Source: a bacterium
GTDB lineage: Bacteria; Verrucomicrobiota; Kiritimatiellia; RFP12; UBA1067
Direction: 5' to 3'
Length of the DNA: 62,350 nt
Assembly (NCBI GenBank): GCA_025360845.1
Contig: JANYBJ010000239.1
Location: 1-62,350 of the forward strand
Shown piece after piece: positions 54,426-62,350 of this stretch. The notes beneath the pieces are model-generated. The model ran no database searches and was not told where the DNA came from. It saw nothing but the letters and a program-made list of their open reading frames with translations. The number at the start of each line of letters is the position of its first letter. The stretch's first letter is position 1. A program made the position numbers and the translations under genes.

Positions 54426-56963
54426 ATGAAATGCAGCGTGCGAGGGATTCTTCTAGGTACACTATGGGTATGCGCGTCGACGTTCGGCGCGTCGGAGTGG
54501 CTCTCACCGGCAGCGCCGGGCGCAGCCTATCCCGACGGCGAGGCCGACCGCCAGTGGGCCTTCCTCGCATACGACCTGACGCAGAAGCCGCGCTTCGCGA
54601 GCTTCGCTGGCGAGACCTGCTGCGCCGACGCTCTGGTCAACGACGCCGACCGCGATCCGCTCGATGTCCTGCTCCGCCGCACCGCGGCGTTGCTGGCCGA
54701 TGTGCGCGCCCTGCCCGGCACGCGCGCCCTCGCAGCGGAACAGCGCGACCTCGACACCCTGCAAGCCGAGTCCGCCGCCGTCGCCACCGATAACGCTGCC
54801 GCACGCCGCGCCCTCTTCAACCGCCTGCTCGTTGTGCGCCGCCGGGTCGCCTTCGCCAATCCCCTGCTCGACTTCAACGGTTTGCTCTTCATCAAGCGCG
54901 AGGTGCGCGGCGTGATGGAGCACTGCTGCGACCAGTTTTACGGACAGCAGCAGCGATCAGGCGGCGGCCTGTTCGTGCTCTCCGACCCCTTTGGCGCAAA
55001 GCCCGGACTGCGTGACCTGCTGGCGGACGCGCGCGTGGCCAACGGGCGCATGAAAGACCAGCCGCTCACGTTCGGCACCCGTGCGACACAGGGCAAAGAC
55101 GGCGGTTCGCTGCTCTCGCCCGCGGTTTCGTATGACGGCAAAGCCATCGCCTTCGCCTACGTCGAAGGTGTCGGTTCGCGTCGCCACATCAGTCACCTGA
55201 ACCACGCGCAGGACGGACACTGGGAACAAGGTTTCTGCTACCACCTCTTTTCGGTCGGCGCGGACGGCAAACAACTCACGATGCTGACGGACGGAACGTG
55301 GAACGACTTCCAGCCCTGTTTCACGCCGGCGGGCCGCCTCGCCTTCATCTCCGAACGGCGCGGCGGGTACCTGAGATGCGGACGCGCCTGCCCGACCTTT
55401 ACGCTTTTCGACATGCTTCCCGACGGTTCGGACATCCGCTGCCTGAGCTTCCACGAGACCAACGAGTGGTCGCCCGCCGTAACGCACGACGGCATGTTGC
55501 TCTGGACGCGCTGGGACTACGTGGACCGCCACGGCTGCACGGCACACCACCCGTGGACGACCACCCCCGACGGACGCAACCCGCGCCCGGTCCACGGCAA
55601 CTATTCGTTCCGCTACAAGCGCGCCGACATGGAACTCGACTCCCGCGCGATCCCCGACTCGCATCGCTTCGTCGCTACGGGCGCGCCGCACCACGGACAG
55701 GCGTTCGGATCGCTGGTCGTGATCGACCCGCGCGTGGCTGACGACGACGCCATGGCGCCGGTGCGGCGACTCACCCCCGACGCAGGCTTTCCTGAGAGCC
55801 AGGGCGGGGCGCAGACGTACGGGACCGCTTGGCCGCTGAGCGAAAAGTACTTCCTGTGCGCGTACGAACCGGCCGAGGTCCAAGGCGTGGCGCAGCAGCA
55901 TGTGTTCGGCCTCTACCTGCTGGACAAGTTCGGCAACAAAGAGCTGATCTACCGCGATCCCGGCATCGCGTGCCTGAGTCCCATGCCGCTGCGCGCGACG
56001 CCCGTTCCGCCGGTGATTCCTGAACAGCGCAAGCCGCTCAAAGCCGGCGGGCGCGGCGAAGCCACCGTGACCGTCGCGGACGTCTACAAGAGCCAGCAGC
56101 CTTGGCCTGCGGGGACCACCATCACCGCCTTGCGTGTGTGGCAGATCTTTCCCCTCTCCGTGGCCTCCGAAGAGGTCCCGCACAATATCGGCCTCCAGCT
56201 ACCCGAAGGCTTCGACTCGATCAACCTCGCACGCGTGGTGCTCGGCACGGTCCCCGTCGAGAAGGACGGCAGCGCGTATTTCAAGGTGCCTGCGGGCGTG
56301 GAGGTCTTCTTTCAGGCGCTCGATGCCAATGGCTGCGCCGTCCAGTCCATGCGGTCCTCCACCGCCTTCATGCCGGGCGAGCAGATGTCCTGTCAGGGCT
56401 GCCATGAGTCCAAAACCGGCGCGCCTGAGCCGACTCCGGCCGCCACGCCTCTGGCCATGAAGCGCGCGCCGTCGATCCTGCGGCCCGGACCCGAAGGCTC
56501 CAACCCCTTCAGTTACCCGCGCCTGGTGCAGCCGGTTCTGGACGCGCGCTGCGTGACCTGCCACGCGGAGAAGATCAAGGCCGCACAGGCCGGGCAGAAG
56601 CTGCCGCCGCGGCTGGACCGGGAACAGATGGAGCTGCCGGTGCAGGGGTGGATGAATAAAACATCTTTATATTATGCCTCTTTTTTGAGTCTCGCCCAGC
56701 CCTACGGCTTCACCACCTACGGCTCGAACCGCGACTGGAACTCGCCGAAGTTCTACCGCACCACGCCCGGCGAGTTCGGCGCCCGAGCCTCCAAGCTCTA
56801 CGCGCTGCTCAAAAAGGGGCACCACGACGTCAAGCTGACCGAGGATGAAATGAACCGTATTGTCACCTGGCTTGACTCGGTCTGCCAGTTCTACGGCGTT
56901 TATGAAAAAGCGGGCGGCGTGGCCCAACTCGCAGGCGAACTCGCCCAGCCCACGCTGCAATAA
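54426..56963 (+). CDS. HzsA-related exported beta-propeller protein with two c-type haem motifs
   Basis: Signal peptide from 54426; FANPLLDF, RWDYVDR, GTVPVEKDGSAYF.VPA...FFQALD and QSMRS; CxxCH at CQGCH and CVTCH. Confidence 0.85.
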   Translation: MKCSVRGILLGTLWVCASTFGASEWLSPAAPGAAYPDGEADRQWAFLAYDLTQKPRFASFAGETCCADALVNDADRDPLDVLLRRTAALLADVRALPGTRALAAEQRDLDTLQAESAAVATDNAAARRALFNRLLVVRRRVAFANPLLDFNGLLFIKREVRGVMEHCCDQFYGQQQRSGGGLFVLSDPFGAKPGLRDLLADARVANGRMKDQPLTFGTRATQGKDGGSLLSPAVSYDGKAIAFAYVEGVGSRRHISHLNHAQDGHWEQGFCYHLFSVGADGKQLTMLTDGTWNDFQPCFTPAGRLAFISERRGGYLRCGRACPTFTLFDMLPDGSDIRCLSFHETNEWSPAVTHDGMLLWTRWDYVDRHGCTAHHPWTTTPDGRNPRPVHGNYSFRYKRADMELDSRAIPDSHRFVATGAPHHGQAFGSLVVIDPRVADDDAMAPVRRLTPDAGFPESQGGAQTYGTAWPLSEKYFLCAYEPAEVQGVAQQHVFGLYLLDKFGNKELIYRDPGIACLSPMPLRATPVPPVIPEQRKPLKAGGRGEATVTVADVYKSQQPWPAGTTITALRVWQIFPLSVASEEVPHNIGLQLPEGFDSINLARVVLGTVPVEKDGSAYFKVPAGVEVFFQALDANGCAVQSMRSSTAFMPGEQMSCQGCHESKTGAPEPTPAATPLAMKRAPSILRPGPEGSNPFSYPRLVQPVLDARCVTCHAEKIKAAQAGQKLPPRLDREQMELPVQGWMNKTSLYYASFLSLAQPYGFTTYGSNRDWNSPKFYRTTPGEFGARASKLYALLKKGHHDVKLTEDEMNRIVTWLDSVCQFYGVYEKAGGVAQLAGELAQPTLQ

Positions 56964-56987
56964 CAATTGGACAAAAAGTAAATGAAG

Positions 56988-57041
56988 GGTAGGGACGGTT
57001 CCCCGAACCGTCCGCGGACGCCTCGGGGAGGCGTCCCTACC
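56988..57041. repeat. REP doublet (GTAG class) forming a composite hairpin
   Basis: Terminal GGTAGGGACG / CGTCCCTACC inverted repeat enclosing two internal hairpins, GGACGGTTCCCCGAACCGTCC and GGACGCCTCGGGGAGGCGTCC. Confidence 0.8.
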
Positions 57042-57068
57042 AGAAAGACCTGTTCCTATTTGGGGAGA

Positions 57069-58082
57069 ATGATGAATGCAACTGAACGCATGTGTGCCGC
57101 GATCCGGCGTGAGACGCCCGACCGGATTCCGACGTTTGAGTGGTTTATCGATGTCCGTGTCGGCCAGGCGCTGACCGGCTCCGATGATCCGCTGGACGTG
57201 GTGGAGCGTCTGGACATCGACGGCATCAACATCCGGCCCGACTACGCGAAACGTTTCATCGACGTCCAGACCTTCGAGGACGAATGGGGCAACCGCCGCC
57301 AGCTCACCGGCGACTGCATCCCCGCCGTCATCGCGCAACCGCTCTCGGACGTCACCCGCCACGCGGAGTTCACGTTTCCAGACCCGTGCGCGGACCACCG
57401 TCTCGCCACGCTGCGGCGTGCCGTCGAGCGTTTCGGCGACACGCGTGCGGTGGTGCTCAACCTGCGCGACGGGTTCTCTGACCTGCGCGACCTGCTGGGC
57501 TACGAAGAGGCGCTGATGGCCCCGCTGGTCGAGCCTGAGGCCTGCGCCGAGTTCCTCGACCGGATCGTCACCTACAACCTGGCGATCGCCGGGCATGCGG
57601 TCCGCACCTTCGGCGTGAGGATCATCGCCACCACCGACGACGTCGCCATGACTGCGGGTCCCCTCTTCTCTCCCGATGTTTACCGTGAACAGCTTCTGCC
57701 CTCGTTCCGCCGGGCGATCCAAGGCTTTAAGGCGCTGGGCTGCCTGACCGTGAAGCACTGCGACGGCAACGTGCTCCCGCTGGTGGATCAATGGATCGAA
57801 GCCGGTATCGACTGCCTCGACCCGATCGATCCGGGCGCCGGGCTGACCATGTCCGATATGAAGGCTAAGTACGGCAGCCGGATCGCGCTCAAGGGCAACA
57901 TCGACTGCGTACACACCCTGTGTGCCGGCACGCCCGACGAGGTGCGCGAAGAGGTGCGCCGCTGCATCGCCGACGCCGGTCCCGGCGGGTTGATCGTCTC
58001 GTCCAGCAACACGATTCACCGCGGCGTGAGACCCGCGAACTACCGCGCCATGCTGGAGGCGCTGCGGAGGTACGGTGCGTAG
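57069..58082 (+). CDS. UroD/MetE-fold (uroporphyrinogen decarboxylase family) protein
   Basis: DEWG, TTDDVA....PLFSPD.Y, KHCDGN, ID.L.PID, LKGNID and SSSNTIH. Likely start 57069 or 57072; the track's 5' extension is the REP. Confidence 0.8.
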   Translation: MMNATERMCAAIRRETPDRIPTFEWFIDVRVGQALTGSDDPLDVVERLDIDGINIRPDYAKRFIDVQTFEDEWGNRRQLTGDCIPAVIAQPLSDVTRHAEFTFPDPCADHRLATLRRAVERFGDTRAVVLNLRDGFSDLRDLLGYEEALMAPLVEPEACAEFLDRIVTYNLAIAGHAVRTFGVRIIATTDDVAMTAGPLFSPDVYREQLLPSFRRAIQGFKALGCLTVKHCDGNVLPLVDQWIEAGIDCLDPIDPGAGLTMSDMKAKYGSRIALKGNIDCVHTLCAGTPDEVREEVRRCIADAGPGGLIVSSSNTIHRGVRPANYRAMLEALRRYGA

Positions 58083-58101
58083 AACAAGGGCCTTTGGTTT
58101 C

Positions 58102-58170
58102 CGTTTGTAGTGTGCCCGTAAGGGCATTCCGTCGGCTCGTGAGACACGCCTTACGGCGTCACTACAAACG
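58102..58170. repeat. Inverted REP doublet (GTAGTG type)
   Basis: 11-bp terminal inverted repeat CGTTTGTAGTG / CACTACAAACG, with related inner palindromes TGCCCGTAAGGGCA and ACGCCTTACGGCGT. Confidence 0.8.
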
Positions 58171-58211
58171 AAAGGAACGCTCTTTCAGACAGAATAACAC
58201 GGAGGCGAAAG

Positions 58212-59222
58212 ATGACGACTGGATTGATGCTGATTGTACTGGGCGCGTTGTGTGGCGGATCCTTCGGTCTGCCCAGTAAATTCGTGCGTAAGGGGACGCC
58301 GTGGGAAACGCTCTGGGGTCCCTTCTTTTTCTTCGCCACGATCCTTCTGCCGCTGCTGGCGGGGCCCGCGCTGGTAAAGGATTTGTTCGGCCTTTGCGGT
58401 TCGCTCACGCCCAGCCAGTGGATCGGTCCGGTGGTTTTCGGCTTCCTGTGGGGACTGGGGTCGATGACGCTGGGACTCAGCTTCGCTTTCGTGGGACTCT
58501 CGCTGGCCTACGCGATCAACTACGGCGTGCAGATCGCCTTCGGCATGATCGTTCCGGCGCTGATCTTTACCCCGAGCGTCTTCGGCACGGCCAAAGGCGC
58601 GATGATGCTGGGAGGCGCGGCGGTCTGCATTTTGGGCGTCGTGGCGTCCGGCAAGGCAGCGCTTCTCAAAGAGCTGAGCGGCAGCGCAGCCCAAGCGCCG
58701 CGCAAGCTCGGCAAGGGGATTGCCGTGGCCGTGATCTCCGGCGTGCTCTGCGCCTGTTACGCGCTGGCCTTCGGCTTCGGCGGCGACGTCATGAAACAGG
58801 CCTCCGCCGCGCCGTTCGACAATCCGGGGTGGCGGGCGAGCTTCGCGGTGACCGCGCTGGCGCTCTGGGGCGGGTCGCTCTCCGCCTGCGGCTACTGCGC
58901 CCAGCAACTGACCGCGAACAAGACCTGGTGTACGCTGGTGGGTCCGGGCGTGCTGCCGGTCTACGCCATCGCCTTCGCGATGGCCCTGCTGCACGACGGC
59001 GCCATCGCCTGCTTCGGCGTCGGCTCGCCGATGCTGGGCGCGCTCGGCGTCTCGGTCGGCTACGCCATCTTCATGTCGCTCGCGATTTTCACGGGGACCG
59101 TCAACGGCTTTCTGACCGGCGAGTGGCGCGGTGCCGACACCCGCGCCGTACACGGCATCCGGCTCGCCTTGGCGATTCTGGTGGTCGGCGTCTGCATCCT
59201 GGCCTGCGCCAATGCGATGTAA
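58212..59222 (+). CDS. L-rhamnose/proton symporter RhaT-family transporter
   Basis: GGSFGLP.K......WET.W, FGFLWGLGSMT.GL, GLSLAYAI..G and NG...GEWR motifs; ~10 TM segments. Confidence 0.85.
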   Translation: MTTGLMLIVLGALCGGSFGLPSKFVRKGTPWETLWGPFFFFATILLPLLAGPALVKDLFGLCGSLTPSQWIGPVVFGFLWGLGSMTLGLSFAFVGLSLAYAINYGVQIAFGMIVPALIFTPSVFGTAKGAMMLGGAAVCILGVVASGKAALLKELSGSAAQAPRKLGKGIAVAVISGVLCACYALAFGFGGDVMKQASAAPFDNPGWRASFAVTALALWGGSLSACGYCAQQLTANKTWCTLVGPGVLPVYAIAFAMALLHDGAIACFGVGSPMLGALGVSVGYAIFMSLAIFTGTVNGFLTGEWRGADTRAVHGIRLALAILVVGVCILACANAM

Positions 59223-59273
59223 CGACAGGCTTGCCGTCGGGGTGGAAACTGTCGTATATTTCTATCGCTCGGC

Positions 59274-60053
59274 ATGAGTACAATCAGATCCATAGACTTT
59301 TTCCTGCGCGGCAAAGTGTCCGGCGTCGATTTGACGCCGCGCACAATTGGTTTGTCCCAGTTTAACGAGTTTAACCAACAGGTGGAGGCTTTCCTTGCCG
59401 GTTCTCAGAAGGGAAAACAGAACGAGACGCATGTAGAGATCGGGGAAGGCTCCTACAAGCTACGGGTCATCCTTACCGCCGCGACCTCTTTGGCATTGGA
59501 GACTGACCTTGCCGTGCTGACCCGGGAAGATTCTTTGGGAGAGATTGATCCAAAACGAGCGGAAGTGGTTGCCAAGTGGCAGGCGAACGCCCGCAAGGAC
59601 GGCGGGTTGGAATACGACATCAAGCCCGACCGGGAAGATTTGCCCACCGTGCGACTGACACACTCTTCAGACTTCCGTGTGGGAGCCGTCGTTCCTTGGG
59701 TGACGGTAGAGAAGTATTTGTTCGGCATAATCGAGAACATGGGCGGAGCTCAAAAGGCCAATGTTCACTTGCGGTTGCGGGATACAGGGCAGACGGTCAT
59801 CGTCAATACGTCTCAGGACTACATCCGTGATGAACCTCAAAACCGCGTGTACCGCGACGCACTTTTGCGGGTGCGTGCTGAACAACACTTTCGGACAGGC
59901 CAGTTGCGGAACGTGCATTTGATCGCTTTCGAGGACTACGAGCCTACCTACGATGAGGAGGCACTCAATCGATTTACCGAGCAGGGCGCGGAAGCATGGC
60001 GCGACGTCCCGGACGCCGTGGCGTGGGTTCGCGAACAACGGGGAGGAACGTGA
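59274..60053 (+). CDS. Hypothetical protein translationally coupled to a PIN gene
   Basis: 259-aa ORF with AT-richer codon usage; its TGA overlaps the next ATG (TGATG, 60051-60055). Confidence 0.8.
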   Translation: MSTIRSIDFFLRGKVSGVDLTPRTIGLSQFNEFNQQVEAFLAGSQKGKQNETHVEIGEGSYKLRVILTAATSLALETDLAVLTREDSLGEIDPKRAEVVAKWQANARKDGGLEYDIKPDREDLPTVRLTHSSDFRVGAVVPWVTVEKYLFGIIENMGGAQKANVHLRLRDTGQTVIVNTSQDYIRDEPQNRVYRDALLRVRAEQHFRTGQLRNVHLIAFEDYEPTYDEEALNRFTEQGAEAWRDVPDAVAWVREQRGGT

Positions 60054-60565
60054 TGGGCGCCGGTATCGTACTCGACACGTCTTTTCTCATCACGTTGGCT
60101 GACCCGGCTCGAAACCACCACGAGATCGCCCTTCGTTATTGGAGACATTTCATAGAAGATCGTATACCCGTGTTCCTGCCGACTATCGTAGTCAGTGAAT
60201 TCTGTGTCCGGCAACCGATCCCGCCCGAAATCCTTAGATCTTGCATTGTTCTACCCTTCAACTGGGATGATGCCATCAAAACGGCGGAGTTGGATTTTAA
60301 GCCGTTCAAGGCAGATGGCGAGAGTAGTCCGGCGATCAAAGATGACATGAAGATCATCGCGCAAGCCGCTATTTGCGATGCGCGGCATGTCATTTCTGAA
60401 GACGCTGATACGCCCTTACGCTATGTGATGCAACTCAACGAGACCGGCAAGATCCGCGTACAGGCGATCTGCCTGCGGGACGGCTTCGACAGGTCTTTTT
60501 CCGACGTGAACGGCCAATGCGATTTCCACGACGCGCTCGATGCGGCTGACGCCGATGCGGAGTAG
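60053..60565 (+). CDS. PIN domain protein (putative RNase)
   Basis: Start MGAGIVLDTSFLI; acidic residues in VLDTS, VVSEF, IKDD.KIIA and ISED. Confidence 0.85.
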   Translation: MGAGIVLDTSFLITLADPARNHHEIALRYWRHFIEDRIPVFLPTIVVSEFCVRQPIPPEILRSCIVLPFNWDDAIKTAELDFKPFKADGESSPAIKDDMKIIAQAAICDARHVISEDADTPLRYVMQLNETGKIRVQAICLRDGFDRSFSDVNGQCDFHDALDAADADAE

Positions 60566-60735
60566 CTGCAGGCTTGGCGAATCGACACGCCTAGCAGCAC
60601 GATCATAGATCGGGTTAACCTCAACTCCCGTCTGCACTGTGATTCATAGCCGTATGGGTCAGTATATGACGCGATCTCTGAGGCGATCTGGTGCGTCAGG
60701 AGTCCACCAGAAGCCCTTCAGTGTCAGTTCTACGG

Positions 60736-62350
60736 TCATAGTTTAGAAACTTCCACGATGGCGATCTCTTCGGGGGTGAGCGCGTAGAGCTGATAGACCA
60801 GCGCGTCGATCTGGCGGTCCGTCGCGTGAAGCTGACGCTGGACCGCCTCTTTCTCGTCTGGAGATCGAGCGGCGTTTACCCGCGCGTGCAAGGCAGTCAT
60901 CCTTTCCGCTGCCTGCCGCAATACGACCGCCACCTCTTCGCCTGGAAGCGCGACCGGAAGCTGCTCGATATACTGGCGGTTGAGGGCGATATACCCGCCG
61001 CGGAACGGCGTGCTGGTCGCCCGCAGATACCGGCTGATCAGTGTCGAGTTGAGAATCCCGAGGAGGCTTCCGTAACCGATCGCGGCCGGCTCCCGGAGAA
61101 TGACGCCGTACCCGCCACCGCCCCCGCCGCCACTGCCGACAAAGGTGTACATTCCATCAAGGTCGGGCGCAAAGCAGCTCCCCGTCGCAAGGGAGGGGAC
61201 AAGCAGCTTGGGAAGCGCCATCCGGGTGTGGTTTTTCTTGTAAACATAACCGTGCCAGTCCGCGCCCATCCGCCCCTTGTTGCGCGCCGACAGGCGGGGC
61301 TGGCATTCGCTGAGATAAGCCCACGTCAGGGGAAAACGCGCCGCGTATTCGGCGGGCGGAATCAGAACGGATTTCCCGTCGCGCATCTCATACGGGAAGA
61401 CCAGAAGCTTGGAAACGTCGGAAAAGTGATAGCGCCGGATATTGAGCGAACCTTTGAGGAAAGGCTTCAGGTGCTCGGCCTCCAACCAGTGCTCGCGGCC
61501 CGTATGCCGGGAGCGGCAGAGTACCCGGTTCTTCGTCCGCCGGGCTTCCTCCAGGATATAGACGTCGTCGGCGTCCGTCTGGATGCCGACGAACAAATCG
61601 GCGATGTCGCCCAGCTTCAGCGGCCATTTGCCGAGACGCTCGAACAGCCCCGCATCGGGGCCGACCGCGAAATTCCATTCGTCTGCGGTGATGCTCCGGG
61701 CTGGGACGATTCCCTCGGTTTGCAGAGCATCGCGCGTCTGCCTCCTGACCCGATAGACGGCAGCAGCCTCACTAACTGACACCGCTTCCGCTCCGACATC
61801 ACCGGTGTCATCGGATTGCGACAATTTGCGCAGCCAAGCCTGTAAGTCATGTACCTTGATGAAACGGCACGCATCGGCTCCTGCCTTGTCGAGAAACATC
61901 AGGCATGTGTAGGTTGTCGCTTGCGCGAAAACCTGCTGATCACCGAAATGCACGACGTGGGAAAGGTGCCGCCCCTTGGCGATGATCTCGCGCAAAGCAG
62001 AGCCGTATTGCGCGTTAAAGAACTTGTGCGGCAGGATAAATCCGGTCCGTCCGGTTGGATTCAACAGGCCGAGGGCCTTTTCCACAAAGATCACGTAGAT
62101 GTCATAATTACCCGAAGCCGCCGAGCGGTAAAGCGTCTTGTAGAGTTCTACTTCGATCGGTGACCCTTCCTTCAGAACCTGGATGCGGATATACGGCGGG
62201 TTGCCGATGACGCAATCGAAACCGCCGCGTTTCATGATGGAGGGGAAGCCCTTGCTCCAGTCGAAGACGTTGATGCGGTACTGGGTGTCATCGTCGAGCA
62301 GGAGCATCTGCTCTTGCGCGTAGAAGTCGGGACCGATGAGGGAGTTGCCG
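60736..62350 (-). CDS. Type IIG (Eco57I/TaqI-like) restriction-modification enzyme, 3' part; 5' end lies outside the window
   Basis: GGFDCVIGNPPY adenine-methyltransferase motif IV, YDIYVIFVEK, a TaqI-C-like target recognition domain (KLLVPSLA) and the tail QIDALVYQLYALTPEEI. The frame is open to the window end. Confidence 0.9.
   Translation of the reverse strand, partial: GNSLIGPDFYAQEQMLLLDDDTQYRINVFDWSKGFPSIMKRGGFDCVIGNPPYIRIQVLKEGSPIEVELYKTLYRSAASGNYDIYVIFVEKALGLLNPTGRTGFILPHKFFNAQYGSALREIIAKGRHLSHVVHFGDQQVFAQATTYTCLMFLDKAGADACRFIKVHDLQAWLRKLSQSDDTGDVGAEAVSVSEAAAVYRVRRQTRDALQTEGIVPARSITADEWNFAVGPDAGLFERLGKWPLKLGDIADLFVGIQTDADDVYILEEARRTKNRVLCRSRHTGREHWLEAEHLKPFLKGSLNIRRYHFSDVSKLLVFPYEMRDGKSVLIPPAEYAARFPLTWAYLSECQPRLSARNKGRMGADWHGYVYKKNHTRMALPKLLVPSLATGSCFAPDLDGMYTFVGSGGGGGGGYGVILREPAAIGYGSLLGILNSTLISRYLRATSTPFRGGYIALNRQYIEQLPVALPGEEVAVVLRQAAERMTALHARVNAARSPDEKEAVQRQLHATDRQIDALVYQLYALTPEEIAIVEVSKL

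Noticed and set aside
54426-56963. Anammox hydrazine synthase
   Set aside because: Only an HzsA-like fold is present; no hzsB/hzsC or hydrazine dehydrogenase genes, and the context is sugar catabolism.
60566-60735. Possible small RNA or mobile-element end between the PIN and RM genes
   Set aside because: No convincing stem, terminal inverted repeat or target duplication.
1-62350. CRISPR array or cas genes
   Set aside because: No regularly spaced 23-47-nt repeats with unique spacers. The repeats seen are short heptamers/octamers and isolated palindromes.

Overview
GC-rich bacterial chromosomal window. The mix of autotransporter-associated-repeat surface proteins, HzsA-like and UroD-like proteins and abundant CAZymes suggests a PVC-superphylum organism such as Kiritimatiellia or Lentisphaeria (inference). 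Contents from left to right: two tandem paralogous beta-helix surface proteins; rlmI; a sugar-utilisation cluster (GH71/99-like enzyme, discoidin/FN3 protein, NPCBM-bearing enzyme, UroD-like protein, sugar porter, AraC); an FAD oxidoreductase, a ~1,900-aa exported protein, a stand-alone lipoyl protein and fabG, interrupted by a STAS-HATPase-STAS gene; cmk; a GT2 / polytopic membrane protein / CAAX-protease operon; an AT-richer island (AAA ATPase + PIN + truncated nuclease); hrpA, hisC, tRNA-Glu(TTC), a radical SAM gene and a DjlA-like gene; a second glycan cluster (GH39-esterase, GH127, IclR-AraC hybrid, di-haem HzsA-like protein, UroD-like protein, RhaT); and a defence-like end (hypothetical + PIN, type IIG restriction-modification gene cut by the window edge). 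The strongest leads are two PIN-containing gene pairs, a shared C-terminal GT-hydrophobic tail on unrelated secreted proteins, UroD-fold enzymes lacking canonical motifs beside sugar transporters, and REP/heptamer repeats inserted in frame into coding genes. No CRISPR array, rRNA or integrase was seen. All family assignments come from motif recognition by eye, not database searches.
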